Shown: in pieces, positions 1-13,553 of the stretch
How positions within the stretch are numbered: position 1 is the stretch's first letter
How the letters are laid out: the number at the start of each line of letters is the position of its first letter
Assembly: GCA_951406725.2 (NCBI GenBank)
Contig: OX597822.1
Span: forward strand, 37,944,001 to 38,008,000
Reading direction: 5' to 3'
Source of the DNA: Octopus vulgaris
Taxonomy: Eukaryota
DNA length: 64,000 bases
Made by a program: the position numbers and the translations under genes
Notes under the pieces: model-generated
The model's input: only the letters and a program-made list of their open reading frames with translations
Told to the model about the DNA's origin: nothing
Database searches by the model: none

Positions 1-455
1 GAGCGGAAATTGATTGCTTTAACCGTAGCTAAGGAACTCAATCTACCCTGACAGGTACTACCGTTCAGCGGACCAGGAAGTAAGGGTAATTAAGGAGTGG
101 TTCCCCCCCCCCCAACACAACTCCAGAACTCCCGAACAGGATCCTCGCCACCGGATGCAGTTTAATGTCATACCCAAGACTGCAATCAATCTAGAAGGGA
201 AACCTCCAAAATTAATACCCTCTTCCAACATGTTTTAAGCCAGCACGGAGGAGTATGACTTGAAACTAACAGGAAGTATGTGAAAAAGCATAGATTCCAA
301 TCAGAAGGGGACCACCTTCGGACCCTCAACAGGTGACTAGGGAGTCACATGAACAACCCTGGATAGGCTTGACAGATGCTGCCAGGAGTTTACTCCAACA
401 ACCTCGGACTGGAGTGCGCGCTGAATGCTCTTGTCAAGGATCGAATGCTATAAAG

Positions 456-821
456 CAGGGGTTCTGACCGAGAGTTTTATCTATGGATCCCTTTGATTAC
501 TATTTTATTCTGGTGGAGCCCCATAGCCATTCGATGTTTAAAAACCAGTTTTATAGAAACTTCTTTCAAAATTCCTATTTTGTTTTACTAACATTAAGTT
601 GTGTAGGTTACTACGTAAAATATTAGAGAAAGAAGCCCAACTGTTTCTGGCCATACATACCAATACATACATCTAGAGCAAAATTTTTTCTGGGGCCCTT
701 AAAATACTGTTGTGGGTCCACAATTTACTATTTTGTTGCGTGGAGCCCCCCACCCCCACCCCACCCCAAAAAACTTAGATGAACCTTCAGGGGCCATATG
801 AACACCGGTTGAGCAACACTG
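456..821. mobile_element. hAT (Charlie/MER5-like) MITE
   Basis: Left end CAGGGGTTCTGACCG; the right end reverse-complements to CAGTGTTGCTCAACCG. Flanked by 8-bp near-duplicates CTATAAAG (448-455) and CTATAGGG (822-829), consistent with a hAT 8-bp TSD. Confidence 0.7.
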
Positions 822-939
822 CTATAGGGGCAACTATCTTGTGTTGGTGAGCATTCTGCTGGAAATGATGAAGAGATGAGATTGCAGGAAATGATGAAGA
901 GAAATGGTTCGGCGAAAGATAAGGAAATGTAAGTCTTTC

Positions 940-1165
940 TTTTATCTTTTAGGTTTTAATTGCTTCAATCGTTGGATTGCGGCCATGCTGTGGCACCAAC
1001 ATGAAGTGTCTTAGCCGAACAAATAAACCCAGTATAATATTTTTCTTAAAGTCAGGTGCTTATTATATGGAATTCTTTCGTTGAACCGCAAAGTTATGTG
1101 ACATAAACAAACTAACACCGGTTGTCAAGTGACGGCGCTGGGGCACATGCAAAAGTAAAGACACA
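940..1165 (-). mobile_element. SINE family A, diverged 3' half
   Basis: TGCGGCCATGCTG, GAACCGCAAAGTTA and CACCGGTTGTCAAG match the other family A copies in the window. Confidence 0.7.
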
Positions 1166-1273
1166 AACATACACACAAATGCATATATACATACATATAT
1201 ACACATACATATAAATATATATGTGTATATATATATATATATGTATATATATATTCATATATATATGTATACA

Positions 1274-1342
<69 letters not shown>

Positions 1343-1573
1343 TAGAACAAGAACGCAACAGACGATAATAAACATCCGGAGAGATAGACGATGCGAAGAC
1401 GGACAGGAAGAAACAAGGATAGGTCATTCGCAAGTGCCTCTTATCAGTCAAGTTACCAAATTATCTTTACAGTTTCGGGCAGTTACACTGTTCAAATATG
1501 GCTGCCCTCCTAATCTCTAAGCTAAGAGAATTAAATTTTGGGGGAAAATGCAAGCGAATGTATATATATATAT

Positions 1574-1983
1574 TACTTGTTTCGGCCATGCTGGTGCACC
1601 TACTTGTAAATTTTTGTTGGTCGAATGAATCGACCCCAGGACTTGTTTTTAATGCATAGTACTTATTCTATTGGTCTCTTGCCGAAGAGCTAAGTTACAG
1701 GGACGTAAACACACTTGCACCGGTTGTCAAGCGGTGGTGGGGGTCAAACATAGACACAAAGACACATACACACACGCAAATAACCTTTCCCCTCACACAT
1801 TAATATATACCTAGGTATATATACATATATACAACGGGCTTTTTTCAGTTTCCGTCTACCACATCCACTCACAAGGCTTTGGTTGGCCCGAGGCTATAGT
1901 AGAAAACATTTGTCCAAGGTACCACGCAGTGGGACTGAACTTGGAACCATGTGATCGGGAAGCAAGCTTCTTACACACAGCCG
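1574..1983 (-). mobile_element. SINE family A (tRNA-derived, internal microsatellite)
   Basis: Collinear with the full copy at 9960-10356 across both the tail half and the head half. Confidence 0.85.
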
Positions 1984-2315
1984 ACATACATGCATACATG
2001 TATGTATGTATGTATGTATGTATGTATGTATGTATGTATGTATGTATGTATGTATGTATGTATGTATGCATGCATGCAAAGTAAAGTGAACCGGGAGAAT
2101 CGTTAACACGTCGGGCAAAATGTTAATGACATTTCTTCCGCTTCTTTACTTCCTGAGTTCAAATCTCACCGAAGTCAACTTTATCTGCAACAGTCCGACC
2201 CCTTTTATGAGTAATATTGTTATCTCGCTCACTTATACGTCATGGCAACCGAGTAACCGCCATTATTAGTCCCAAGCCACAAGAAATGTAATGCGGAAAT
2301 ATATATATATACATT

Positions 2316-2546
2316 TGTGTGTCTGTTTTTGTCCACGCTTGACAACCGATGCTGGTGCAGCAAAAGAGACCGATAGAATAAGTACTAGGCTTGCAAAGAA
2401 TAAGTCCTGGGGTCGATTTTCTCGGCTAAAGGCGGTGCTCCATGAAGACCGTAGTCAAATAACTAAAACAAGTAAAAGAATAAAAGAATATATAAACACG
2501 ACGGGCTTCTTTCAGTTTCCGTCTGCCAAATTCACTCCGAAGGCTT
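2316..2546. mobile_element. SINE A fragments (3' half on +, head piece on -)
   Basis: CGCTTGACAACCGATGCTGG...AAGTAAAAGAATAAAAG, then ACGACGGGCTTCTTTCAGTTTCCGTCT, which is cut off where the Helitron starts. Confidence 0.75.
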
Positions 2547-3682
2547 TATATATATAAACGGCAGTTTGTCTGTGTGTGTGTGTGTGTATCTGTCGGCTTT
2601 CAACCGATTCTAATGAAACTTGACACACACATAGGCCAATGTCATAATTCAAAACTAACGCAGCGAAAATTTTGAAAAGTTCCCCCAGTTCTGAAAAAAA
2701 TCGATGAATTTGACATGGGGTCGAGAATCTAAGCTTTTTATATGCAACACATTTTCTGTTGTAGTTTTCGCAACTTGCAATCGATTTTCACCAAACTCAT
2801 GGTGAAGCTTAATGTTACCCTAAGAAACTTAATTCTGCCGTTAGTTTTCCATGGAATACCTTACCATCAGAAAAAATCGATAAAATCATGCCATTTTGGG
2901 AAATCGCGTTCAAATTCAAGATGACATATTTTCGACAATATCTTTCACAAATTGGCAGGAATTTCTTTTTAAATTCACAGCGAGCATCATGTCTGCTCCG
3001 AGGAGCTATATGGCCCTTTTTATTCCAATAGGATACTTTATTACTGGAAAAAATCGGTTAATTAAATCATATGTGGCACACATAGCAAACCGATTTGTGT
3101 ATTAAACACAAACCACAGACTGTCTAAGGGACGCAACTCGACCTTTTTAACTCTCGGAACACGTGGGGTAAGTATCCCAAAATGTATAAAAATGTACAAA
3201 AACGGCAAAAAAAGCGGGCAGCAATGTGAGTGACAACAACGAAAAAGTCAAAAGTGACCAAACTGAACAAACGAATGGAAAAGGTTTTTTGGTGCACACG
3301 ACAAAAGCGGTTTATAATAAACCAAGAGTTTGCAAGTAGCGTCCGAGGACCCTTAGGGTACGTCAAAAATTTAAGGTAAAATGTTTGAGGTGGTAGTTAT
3401 AAAGAAAGTTTAAACAAAAAAAGTATTCGAATAACTTGCGGCTGCAGCAGCTATTAGCAGAAGTGGCGGTGTTGGGGGTAAAGTCTCGAATGTAATTTCT
3501 TCCTGGTAGGAATTGGTTGGGTTGAATTATCGATAGCTGTTTGATAGTTATTTGGGAGTGAAGAGAAGACATTGCAACCTACACATGCGCCTTCGTTCCC
3601 TAGAGGGAAAGGACTAGATTGGGATTAGTCGTTGCCTACTAGGGGCTCTTACATACCCGAGCAACGCCGGGCTATGCTGCTA

Positions 3683-3683
<1 letters not shown>
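2547..3683 (+). mobile_element. Non-autonomous Helitron
   Basis: 5' TATATATATAAACGGCAG...CCGATTCTAATGAAACTT start. 3' GC hairpin CCCGAGCAACGCCGGG (3656-3671), followed after a short spacer by CTAG|T (3680-3684). No TSD or TIR. Confidence 0.75.
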
Positions 3684-3747
<64 letters not shown>

Positions 3748-3752
<5 letters not shown>

Positions 3753-4982
3753 GTACGCGTAAGGTATTTGAGGACAAACCCTTTTTGGGTCATTGCTGCA
3801 TTGCTGCTAGCTCTGTATAATTTTTGTTTGAGAAAATAATGGCAGACCCTCAGCTTACTCAAGAAAGGAAGAGGCATGCTGTTATTGTGGTTATAAAGAC
3901 TGAGCATAAGGATTTAAAAGTATCTAAATTTTTAAAAGTTGCTAGATCTTTCGTCTACGAAGTTTGTGAGGAGTTAGAGAATGAAGATGGAAAGTAATCA
4001 CCAGTATCAAAGCATAAAAAACATTCTAAACGTTCTGAAATCACCAGAACACCTGAATTTATCTAGCAAGTTCAGCAGACTATTGATTGCAATCCCAGAA
4101 AGTCCATGAGGTTAATTGCGAAAGATCTCCATGTGTCAGAAGCAACAGTCAGAAATATTGTCCACGTATACATCAGATATATGTCATATGATGACGAAAG
4201 ATCAATTTGTGAGAAAAAGCAAAAGAAAATCACTACATCAGATCTAAAAGGCTCTTAAACAAACTGATAAATTACAGCAGAAAAAGGTTTGATTTGGTTT
4301 TTTCTCAAACGAGAAAAACTTCGACCAAGATCAAAAAGTTAACTGAAAAAATGACAGATGGTTATGTGCAGACCCTTCTGAAGTTCCAAGTGTTATGCAT
4401 ACAAAATTTTCTGCAATTGTCATGGTTTTAGGGGTTGTCAACAACAAAGGACATGTGATGCCTCCTTACTTCTCTCCACAAGGCCTTAGAGTTAACTCTG
4501 CCGCCTACATTGAGGTCCTGGAAATAATTGTTAAGCCCTGGATAGACAGTGTATGCAATGGAAGGCCATATGTGTTTCAGTAAGACTCTGCACTATCACA
4601 CATGGCTCTAGTAACACAGGAATGGATGGCTGAAAATTTTCATGATCACGTAACCCCTAAAATTTGGCCTCAATCCATTGGACTATTACATGTGAAGCAT
4701 TGTTGAGACAGAGGTCAATGAACACGCCCATAACACCAAAGATTCTTTGAAAGCCGCCAGTCAGAGTAATGTTCAAAATGAACCAGGACCACTTGATTCG
4801 AGTATGTAGATGATTTAGATATACTGAAGCCGTTGTTGAAGCTGAAGGTGGCTTTATTGAATAACATTATAGAAAAGGTTTACTTTTTATCCTCATAGCA
4901 TTTTTTGCTAAAGTTATTATCTGTTATTATATATCTGTTTTTTATAAACATAAATTTGTTCTCAAATATCTTATGCACCTTG
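3748..4982 (+). mobile_element. Tc1/mariner-superfamily maT (DD37D-like) transposon, decayed
   Basis: TIRs TAAGGGTACGCGTAAGGTATTTGAGGACAAA and TTTGTTCTCAAATATCTTATGCACCTTG with TA flanks. Encodes a disrupted transposase. Confidence 0.85.
3839..4865 (+). pseudogene. maT-type transposase pseudogene
   Basis: Reads MADPQLTQERKRHAVIV..., NPRKSMRLIAKDLHVSEATVRNIV, WFFSNEKNF, VMVLGVV, YVFQ*DSALSH and IWP..NPLDY (third catalytic residue D). Several stops and frameshifts. Confidence 0.8.
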
Positions 4983-4985
4983 TAT

Positions 4986-5022
<37 letters not shown>

Positions 5023-5127
5023 CATATATGGGTACAGGACGTCACGAACGGTGCAAAGAAAATGAAATACGTAAATAAATGAGGGGAAAACGAGAGGAGT
5101 ACCTAAACAACGAGAAAAAAATGGAAA

Positions 5128-5222
5128 ACTTGGCGGAATTTGAACTGAGAACGTAAATACAGACGACATGCCGCAAAGCATTACGTCCGGCCTGCTTACG
5201 ATTTTGCCTCCTCGTTGCCTTT
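5128..5222 (-). mobile_element. SINE family B head fragment
   Basis: GGCGGAATTTGAACTGAGAACGTA...GCCTT is the reverse complement of the family B 5' end. Confidence 0.7.
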
Positions 5223-5266
5223 ATCTGTTATATATTAAATCAATATAATATTTAACTGAAAGATTA

Positions 5267-5320
<54 letters not shown>

Positions 5321-5718
5321 TTCACTCTTTTACTTGTTTCAGTAATTTGACTTCGGCCATGCTGGAGCACCGCCTTTAGTCATGCAAATCGACCCCAGAA
5401 CTGATTCTTTGTAAGCCTGGTACTTATTCTATCGGTCCCTTTTCCCGAACCGCTAAGTTACAGGGATGTAAACGCACCACCATCGGCTGTCAAGCGAAGT
5501 TGGGGCGGGGAGAATACAAACACACAAGCACACACATGCATAAATACATATATACGACGGGCTTCTTTCAGTTTCCGTCTACCAAACCCACTCACAAGGC
5601 TTTGGTGGGCTCGAGACTATAGAAGAAGACATTTGCCCAAAGTGCCACGCAGTGGGACTGAACCCGGAACCATGTGGTTGGTAAACAAGCTACTTACCAC
5701 ACAGCCACTCCTGCGCCT
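5321..5718 (-). mobile_element. SINE family A, full length
   Basis: The - strand head has Pol III A box TGGCTGTGTGG and B-box-like GGTTCAGTCC. The tail is GAAACAAGTAAAAG. Confidence 0.9.
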
Positions 5719-5914
5719 ATTCAATACTTATTCAACACTTTTTAGTAGAGAACATATATCATAACCTTTTCGAGGAAAAGTTTGACAGTGAGTTCGAAGT
5801 TTCAATTGGTTCTCCTCAAAACTTTTCCCTTCCAACCATTCCCTTGTAAAAGTTACGAAATGCGTCCTCTACTAAAAAGTAGTCCTGTAGTTAAATATTA
5901 TGTTGATCTAGTAT

Positions 5915-6547
5915 AAGGCGGCGAGCCGGCCGAATCGTTAACACGCCGGATGAAATGCTTAGCGGTATTTCGTCTGCCGCTACGTTCTGAGTTCAAATTC
6001 CGCCGAGGTCAACTATGCCTTTCATCCTTTCCGGGTCGATTAAATAAGTACCAGTCACGCACTGGGGTCGATATAATCGACTTAATCCGTTTGTCTGTCC
6101 TTGTTTGTCCCTTCTGTGTTTAGCCCCTTGTGGGTAGTAAAGAAATAGGTATTTCGTCTGTCTGAGTTCAAATTCCGCCGTAGTCGACTTTGCCTTTAAT
6201 CCTATCGGGGTCGATAAATTAAGTACCTCTTTCTTTACTACCCACAAGGGACTAAACACAGAGAGGACAAACAAGGACAGACAAACGGATTAAGTCGATT
6301 ATATCGACCCCAGTGCGTAACTGGTACTTAATTTATCGACCCCGAAAGGATGAAAGGCAAAGTCGAACTCAGCGGAATTCGAACTCAGAACGTAGCGGCA
6401 GATGAAATACTGCTAAGCATTTCGCCCGGCGTTTAAATTTCGCCCGCCTGTTTAAATTAAGTACCGGTTATGCATTGGGGTCGATGTAATCGACTCATCC
6501 CCTTCCCCCAAATTTCATGCCTTGTATCTGGAGTTGAAAGGATTATG
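5915..6547. mobile_element. Nested SINE family B cluster (tRNA head + Nin/Deu-like domain)
   Basis: Head AAGGCGGCGAGCCGGCCGAATCG, B box GAGTTCAAATTCC, and core GCCTTTCATCCTTTCCGGGTCGAT...AAGTACCAG, which resembles the Deu/Nin SINE domain (recognised from memory). Contains a + insert and a - insert, each bounded by 13-bp direct repeats. Confidence 0.85.
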
Positions 6548-6576
6548 TTGATTTTGTATATAACGTGATAAAGACA

Positions 6577-6790
6577 GAGGGCTGGTAGAATTGTTAGCAC
6601 GCCGGGAAAAAATTCTTAGCGGCATTTTGTCCGTCTGCAGTTCAAATTCTGCTGAGGTCAACATTACCTGTCTTCCTTGTGGAGTCGATAAAAATAACTA
6701 CCAGCTGAGCACTGGTCGTGTCAACATAATTGATTATTGATTCATCCCCTGTTTGAAAATGTTGGCCTCGTGCTAAAATTTGAAACGACT
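6577..6790 (+). mobile_element. SINE family B, diverged
   Basis: GCTGGTAGAATTGTTAGCACGCCGGG...GTTCAAATTCTGCTGAGGTC...GTCGATAAAATAAC. Confidence 0.7.
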
Positions 6791-6792
6791 AT

Positions 6793-6881
<89 letters not shown>

Positions 6882-6961
6882 TCCCGGGTTGAGTCGGGGT
6901 TAACCACAGTAAATAAGGTACTCAATACATAGCAGAGTAAATTAATTTATTTTATAGAAGG

Positions 6962-7012
6962 AGCTTCTACAGGACTAGAACTGTTTCATTCAAAAGAAAT
7001 CATCAGGAAGCT
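6962..7012 (-). ncRNA. Minimal type I hammerhead ribozyme in a Penelope-like terminal fragment (6880-7020)
   Basis: The - strand reads AGCUUC CUGAUGA UUUCUUUUGAAU GAA ACAG UUCUAGUC CUGU A GAAGCU. Stem I AGCUUC/GAAGCU, stem III ACAG/CUGU, GUA cleavage triplet, intact core. Confidence 0.8.
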
Positions 7013-7179
7013 AGTAGACAAGTATGTATGCATGTATGTATTTATGTATATAAGGAGGCGCGTGAGTGTGTGTATGTGTATGCATTTGTATAAACATATG
7101 TATACATTTATGCATGTATGTGCTTGTGTGTATATGTATGTGTGTGTGTATATATATATATATGTGTGTATATATACAC

Positions 7180-7217
<38 letters not shown>

Positions 7218-7297
7218 GTATATGTATATATGTATGTATATGTATATGTGTGTGTATGCGTGTGTGTGTATATATATATGTGTAGATGTGTGTGTAA

Positions 7298-7364
<67 letters not shown>

Positions 7365-7373
<9 letters not shown>

Positions 7374-7565
7374 CTGTTTGTCCTCCCACTATTGCTTGCC
7401 AATCGATCTTGGTATGTTTATGCCCCCGTATCTTAGGATTTCAGCAAAAGGGACCGATAGAATAAGCAATAGGCTTACAGAGAATAAGTCCTAGGATCGA
7501 TTTGTTCGACTAAAGTTGGTGCTCAAGCAGAAGCCGCAGTCAAATGACTGAAACAAGAAAATATA
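7365..7565 (+). mobile_element. SINE A 3' half
   Basis: GTCTGTTTGTCC...GACCGATAGAATAAG...GCAGTCAAATGACTGAAACAAG. Confidence 0.75.
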
Positions 7566-7583
7566 AATTATAAAAAAAGATAT

Positions 7584-7636
<53 letters not shown>

Positions 7637-7652
7637 TTTATTATATAGAAGG

Positions 7653-7703
7653 AGCTTCTACAGGACTAGAACTGTTTCATTCAAAAGAAATCATCAGGAA
7701 GCT
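7653..7703 (-). ncRNA. Hammerhead ribozyme (same sequence as 6962-7012)
   Basis: Same motif on the - strand; forms the left arm of an inverted duplication. Confidence 0.8.
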
Positions 7704-7714
7704 CCTGATGATTT

Positions 7715-7764
7715 GCTTCCTGATGATTTCTTTTGAATGAAACAGTTCTAGTCCTGTAGAAGCT
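7715..7764 (+). ncRNA. Hammerhead ribozyme (inverted copy)
   Basis: GCTTC CTGATGA TTTCTTTTGAAT GAAACAGTTCTAGTCCTGTA GAAGCT on the + strand. Confidence 0.8.
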
Positions 7765-7766
7765 CC

Positions 7767-7828
<62 letters not shown>

Positions 7829-7924
7829 GTGTGTACGTATATATGTATATGTATATATATATATGTATTATATATAGTATTTATGTATGTATATATATAT
7901 GTACGTATGTAGATAGACATACAT

Positions 7925-8076
7925 AGTGTGGTAGCTATTTTGCTTTCCAACCACATGCTTCGAGGTTCAGTCCCATTGCATGCCTCCTTGATAAAGTCTT
8001 CTCTACAATAGCTTCGATGCGAACAAAGCCTTCGGAGTGGATTTGGTAAACGGAAACTGAAAGATGACTATCGTGT

Positions 8077-8148
<72 letters not shown>

Positions 8149-8301
8149 GTAAATATATGAGGTTCCGGGTTCAGTCCCACTGCGTGGTACCTTGGTCAAG
8201 TGTCTTCTACTATAGCCTCGGGCCGATCGAAACTTTGTGAGTGGATTTGGTAGACGGAAACTGAAAGATGCCCGTCGTAAATATATGTATATGTATATGT
8301 A

Positions 8302-8368
<67 letters not shown>

Positions 8369-8570
8369 TCTGTGTTTGTCCCCCAACATCGCTTGACGAC
8401 CGATGCTGGAGTGTTTACGCCCTCGTAACTTAGCGGTTCCGCAAAAGTCACCGATAGAATAGGTACTTGGCTTACAAAGAATAAGTCCTGGGGGTCAATT
8501 TGCTCGACTAAAGGCGGTGCTCCAGCATGGCCGCAGTCAGATGACTGAAACAAGTAAAAGAGTAAAAGAG
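7925..8570 (+). mobile_element. SINE A head fragment followed by a near-full SINE A (8158-8570)
   Basis: GGTTCAGTCCCA, GGATTTGGTA(G/A)ACGGAAACTGAAAGA, an internal (TG)n, and tail GTAAAAGAGTAAAAG. Confidence 0.85.
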
Positions 8571-8839
8571 TATATATATATATACATATAATTATATACA
8601 TACACACACACACACATATGCATATATAATTCTATATATGCATTTATGTATATTATTTTGTTTACCACTTATGAGGAAGAAAAGATGTTTTAAAACCGTT
8701 CAATCCATTTAGGTAATATCTAAAATATATCGATACATTAAAGATTTTAAAATATACAGACTTCCTTAAACAACAGAGATTTTATTACTTTGATTAAATT
8801 CGTCTGAAACGTATATATGTATGTATATATATATATACT

Positions 8840-9102
8840 ATTTTACTCTTTTACTTGTTTTAGTCATTTGACTGGCGGTTATGCTGGAGCACCGCCTTTA
8901 GTCGAGTAAATGAAACCCAGGACTTATCCTTTGTAAGCCTCGTACTTATTCTATCGCTCTTTTTGCCGAACTGCTAGGTTACGGGGACGTAAAGACTCCA
9001 GCATCGGTTGTCAAGCGATGTTGGGGGACAAAGACATACAAATATATACACACACACACATACATATATACATACACACATACATACATAGATACACGCA
9101 CG

Positions 9103-9198
<96 letters not shown>

Positions 9199-9348
9199 TA
9201 CGACGCGCTTTTCTCAGTTTCCGTCCACCAAATCTACTCACAAGGTTATAGTAGAAGACACTTACCCAAGGTGCCATGTAGTAGGAATGAACCCGGAACC
9301 ATGTCGTTGGTAAGCGAGCTGCTTACCACACAGCTACTCCTGCGCCTA
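8840..9348 (-). mobile_element. SINE A, near full length
   Basis: Collinear with the family consensus, with an expanded internal (CA)n(TA)n. Confidence 0.85.
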
Positions 9349-9389
9349 TATAAATAAATATATATACATATATAAATATGCTTGTATAT

Positions 9390-9423
<34 letters not shown>

Positions 9424-9447
9424 GTATGTGTATATATATATATATAA

Positions 9448-9593
<146 letters not shown>

Positions 9594-9959
9594 ATAAGTA
9601 AGTGTGTGTGTTTGTCCTCCTGGCCAACATTTGACATCCGGTGCTGGTGTGTCTACGTCCCCGTGACGTAGTGGTTCGGCAAAAAAAAAAAACAATACAA
9701 TGCCCCAACATTGGATGCAGTCTGATGACTGACACAAGTAAAAAGTAAAAAGACAAATAGAAATATATATGTACATATGTATATATGTGTGCGTCTGTGT
9801 TTGTGTGTCTGTGTGTATATATATATGCATTTATATATATGCATATACATATAAATATATATATATATAACTATATTCATATATATATGCATATACTTAA
9901 ATATTATATGCATATATATAAATATGTATATATATTACTCTTTTTTTTTTTTTTTTTTT

Positions 9960-10356
9960 ACTCTTTTTACTTGTTTCAGTCATTTGACTGCGGCCATGCT
10001 GGAGCACCGCCTTTAGTCGAGCAAATCGACCCCGGGACTTATTCTTTTTGTAAGCCCAGTACTTATTCTATCGGTCTCTTTTGCCGAACCGCTAAGTGAC
10101 GGTGACGTAAACACACCAGCATCGGTTGTCAAGCAATGCTAGGGGAACAAACACAGGGGAACACACACTTATATATATATATACATATATACGACAAGCT
10201 TCTTTCAGTTTCCGTCTACCAAATCCACTCACAAGGCATTGGTCGGCCCGGGGCTATAGCAGAAGACACTTGCCGAAGATGCCACGCAGTGGGACTGAAC
10301 CCGGAACCATGTGGTTGGTTAGCAAGCTACTTACCAAACAGCCACTCCTGCGCCTA
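9960..10356 (-). mobile_element. SINE A, full length, young
   Basis: Best-preserved copy in the window; ends in CCACTCCTGCGCCT. Confidence 0.9.
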
Positions 10357-10510
10357 TATGCATAGAAATAAATATATATATATATATGCATATACATATA
10401 TATATATATGCATATACACAAATATATATATGTATACATGCATATATATAAATATACATATATATATGCATATATACAAATATATATATATATATATGCA
10501 TATATATATA

Positions 10511-10611
<101 letters not shown>

Positions 10612-10840
10612 GCATATGTATATGTATGCATGCGATAATGCGTATATCAGTTTTGGATACAGTAGAACAAAACACAAAACAATAAACTTATTGTAAATGA
10701 AGACAATTCTATCCAGCAGGAGAATCTGTATAGAAAAGTACAATCGTTTCAATATAGTCTTTTGGGTTTTTTTTGCCCAAAACCAGACTACATGAAATAT
10801 AATTGTGTTTGTGTTGTGTGCTTGTGTGTGTGTGTGTGTG

Positions 10841-10898
<58 letters not shown>

Positions 10899-10992
10899 TA
10901 TATATATATATGTATATATATACACACACACATACATATATACATATATATATATATGCATATATACATATATATATATATGTATATATGTA

Positions 10993-11023
<31 letters not shown>

Positions 11024-11189
11024 TTGGTATGTAGATAAATAGGTAGATGCATAGATACAAATATATATTACATTTATCATATAAATATACATGTATGGAA
11101 ACTCACACATATATACATGTTCATATATTAATACTGACTTAAACACACGTGCGTATATATGTATATATATATGTATATCTACCCATATA

Positions 11190-11229
<40 letters not shown>

Positions 11230-11381
11230 TATATATGTATATATGTATGTGTGTACATATATGCATGTATATATGTGTATATATATATATATATATACAT
11301 ATATACATACATGTATATATATATATATACACACATATATAGGAATTTATTATATGTGTATCTGCATTTACATATATTCAC

Positions 11382-11435
<54 letters not shown>

Positions 11436-11595
11436 GATAGGGATGACCACCCTTATGCTTGAAGTAGATCCACCATGGTCATTCCTCTTATATGTATATA
11501 ATACAATTTACTGAACCTTCAGACTTTAATATTCTAGACCACTGTTGTTAAATTGATATTAATTAAATTAATATCCAATTTCTCACCCTCAGTTT

Positions 11596-11651
<56 letters not shown>

Positions 11652-11699
11652 TACGTACATATATATATATATATGTATATATAAATAAATATATACATA

Positions 11700-11870
11700 T
11701 ATCATTATCATCATCATCGTCGTTTAACGTTCGCTTTCTAAGGGTTGGACGATTTGACTGATGACTAGCGAACCTGATAGCTGCACCAGGCTCCAATCTG
11801 ATCCGGCGGAGTTTCAACAGCTGGATGCCCCTCCTAACGCCAACCACTCCGAGAGTGTAGCGGGTGCTCA
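11700..11870 (-). mobile_element. Retroposon 3' end (SINE/RTE-like tail)
   Basis: The - strand reads GGTTGGCGTTAGGAGGGGCATCCAGCTG and ends in a (GAT)n tail. Confidence 0.55.
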
Positions 11871-12205
11871 TATAGTAATAATAACAAGATGGAATTTATA
11901 AACATTTAATGCATCGCTACCCGAGTTTCCAAATTCACGTGTCTTTTAAGGTCACAGTCCGTATTCCTGGGATGTTTACAGTGTAGTCCGTTACATCCAT
12001 GGGCATCGGATTGATCCTCTTCATGGATTCATTTCTTCAGGCGATATAGCATTAGTGGATGCGTATCAGAGCGGTGTTTACATCTTTTGACCAGTATAAT
12101 CACTACTTTATAATCATCGCAGGAATACGGACGGTGATCTTAAGAGACATGAATTGTGGAAACTCGCGTAGAGATTAATTAAATGCTTATATATTCCGTC
12201 CAAGG

Positions 12206-12443
<238 letters not shown>

Positions 12444-12578
12444 TATATCCTCATTATATCGTCAGAGCTCGATGCAACACCAAAATCTGGTCCACCAGTC
12501 AGCATCATTAGACTATGGTCGGTATAAGGGAATAGGAGCTTTATTTATTTGTACATTCAAAACGTTTCTCGTAAACAC

Positions 12579-12647
<69 letters not shown>

Positions 12648-12860
12648 CATATGAATAAACTTATGTGGGTGGGTTTGTGTATGCGTGTATGTGTGTGTGT
12701 GTATGCACGTGTATGTATGTGAGTCTTACAGGTTTGTTCCTCTTAGCTTGATGAAAGAACTTGTACTAAGGAGAACGTCAATAGAATCGTTGGTTCTTCC
12801 TTTTCTAACACCATCACCTATAACAGTTAAGTACACATGTATATATGTATATATGTACGT

Positions 12861-12900
<40 letters not shown>

Positions 12901-13023
12901 GCGTAAGTATATAGTATATGTCTATGTATATATGTGAGTTTTTATACATGAGTATGTATACATGAATGAATGTATTTGTAGGTATATAAATATATATGTA
13001 TATACCCCCCCAAACACACACAC

Positions 13024-13060
<37 letters not shown>

Positions 13061-13124
13061 TACATATCAATATATATTTAATTCATTTATACATATATCT
13101 ATAACTTGATGAATATATATATGC

Positions 13125-13199
<75 letters not shown>

Positions 13200-13361
13200 T
13201 CATATATATACATTGATATACATACATATATATATACATTCATTCATGTATACATACTCATGTATACAAACTCACAGATATACATAGACATATACTATAT
13301 ACTTACGCAGCAGCTACAACAATAGCTCTAGCAATAACAGGAACCACAGAATGTTTATAAA

Positions 13362-13553
13362 TGAATGAAGGAAGGAAAAAAGGAAGGAATGAAGGAACGA
13401 ACGAACGAACGAAGAAAGGAAGGAAGGAAGGAATGAAGGAACGAACGAACGAACGAACGAAGAAAGGAAGGAAGGAAGGAAGGAAGGAAGGAAGGAAGGA
13501 ATGAAGGAACGAACGAACGAACGAACGAACGAAGAAAGGAAGGAAGGAAGGAA
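13362..13553. repeat. (GAAG)n/(GAAC)n compound microsatellite
   Basis: Seen directly in the sequence. Confidence 0.9.

Noticed and set aside
1342-1530. PLE-like end with a GGGCAG/CTGCCC stem and GAAAC (similar ends at 17225-17410 and 51365-51505)
   Set aside because: Probably PLE termini, but a complete hammerhead core could not be assembled.
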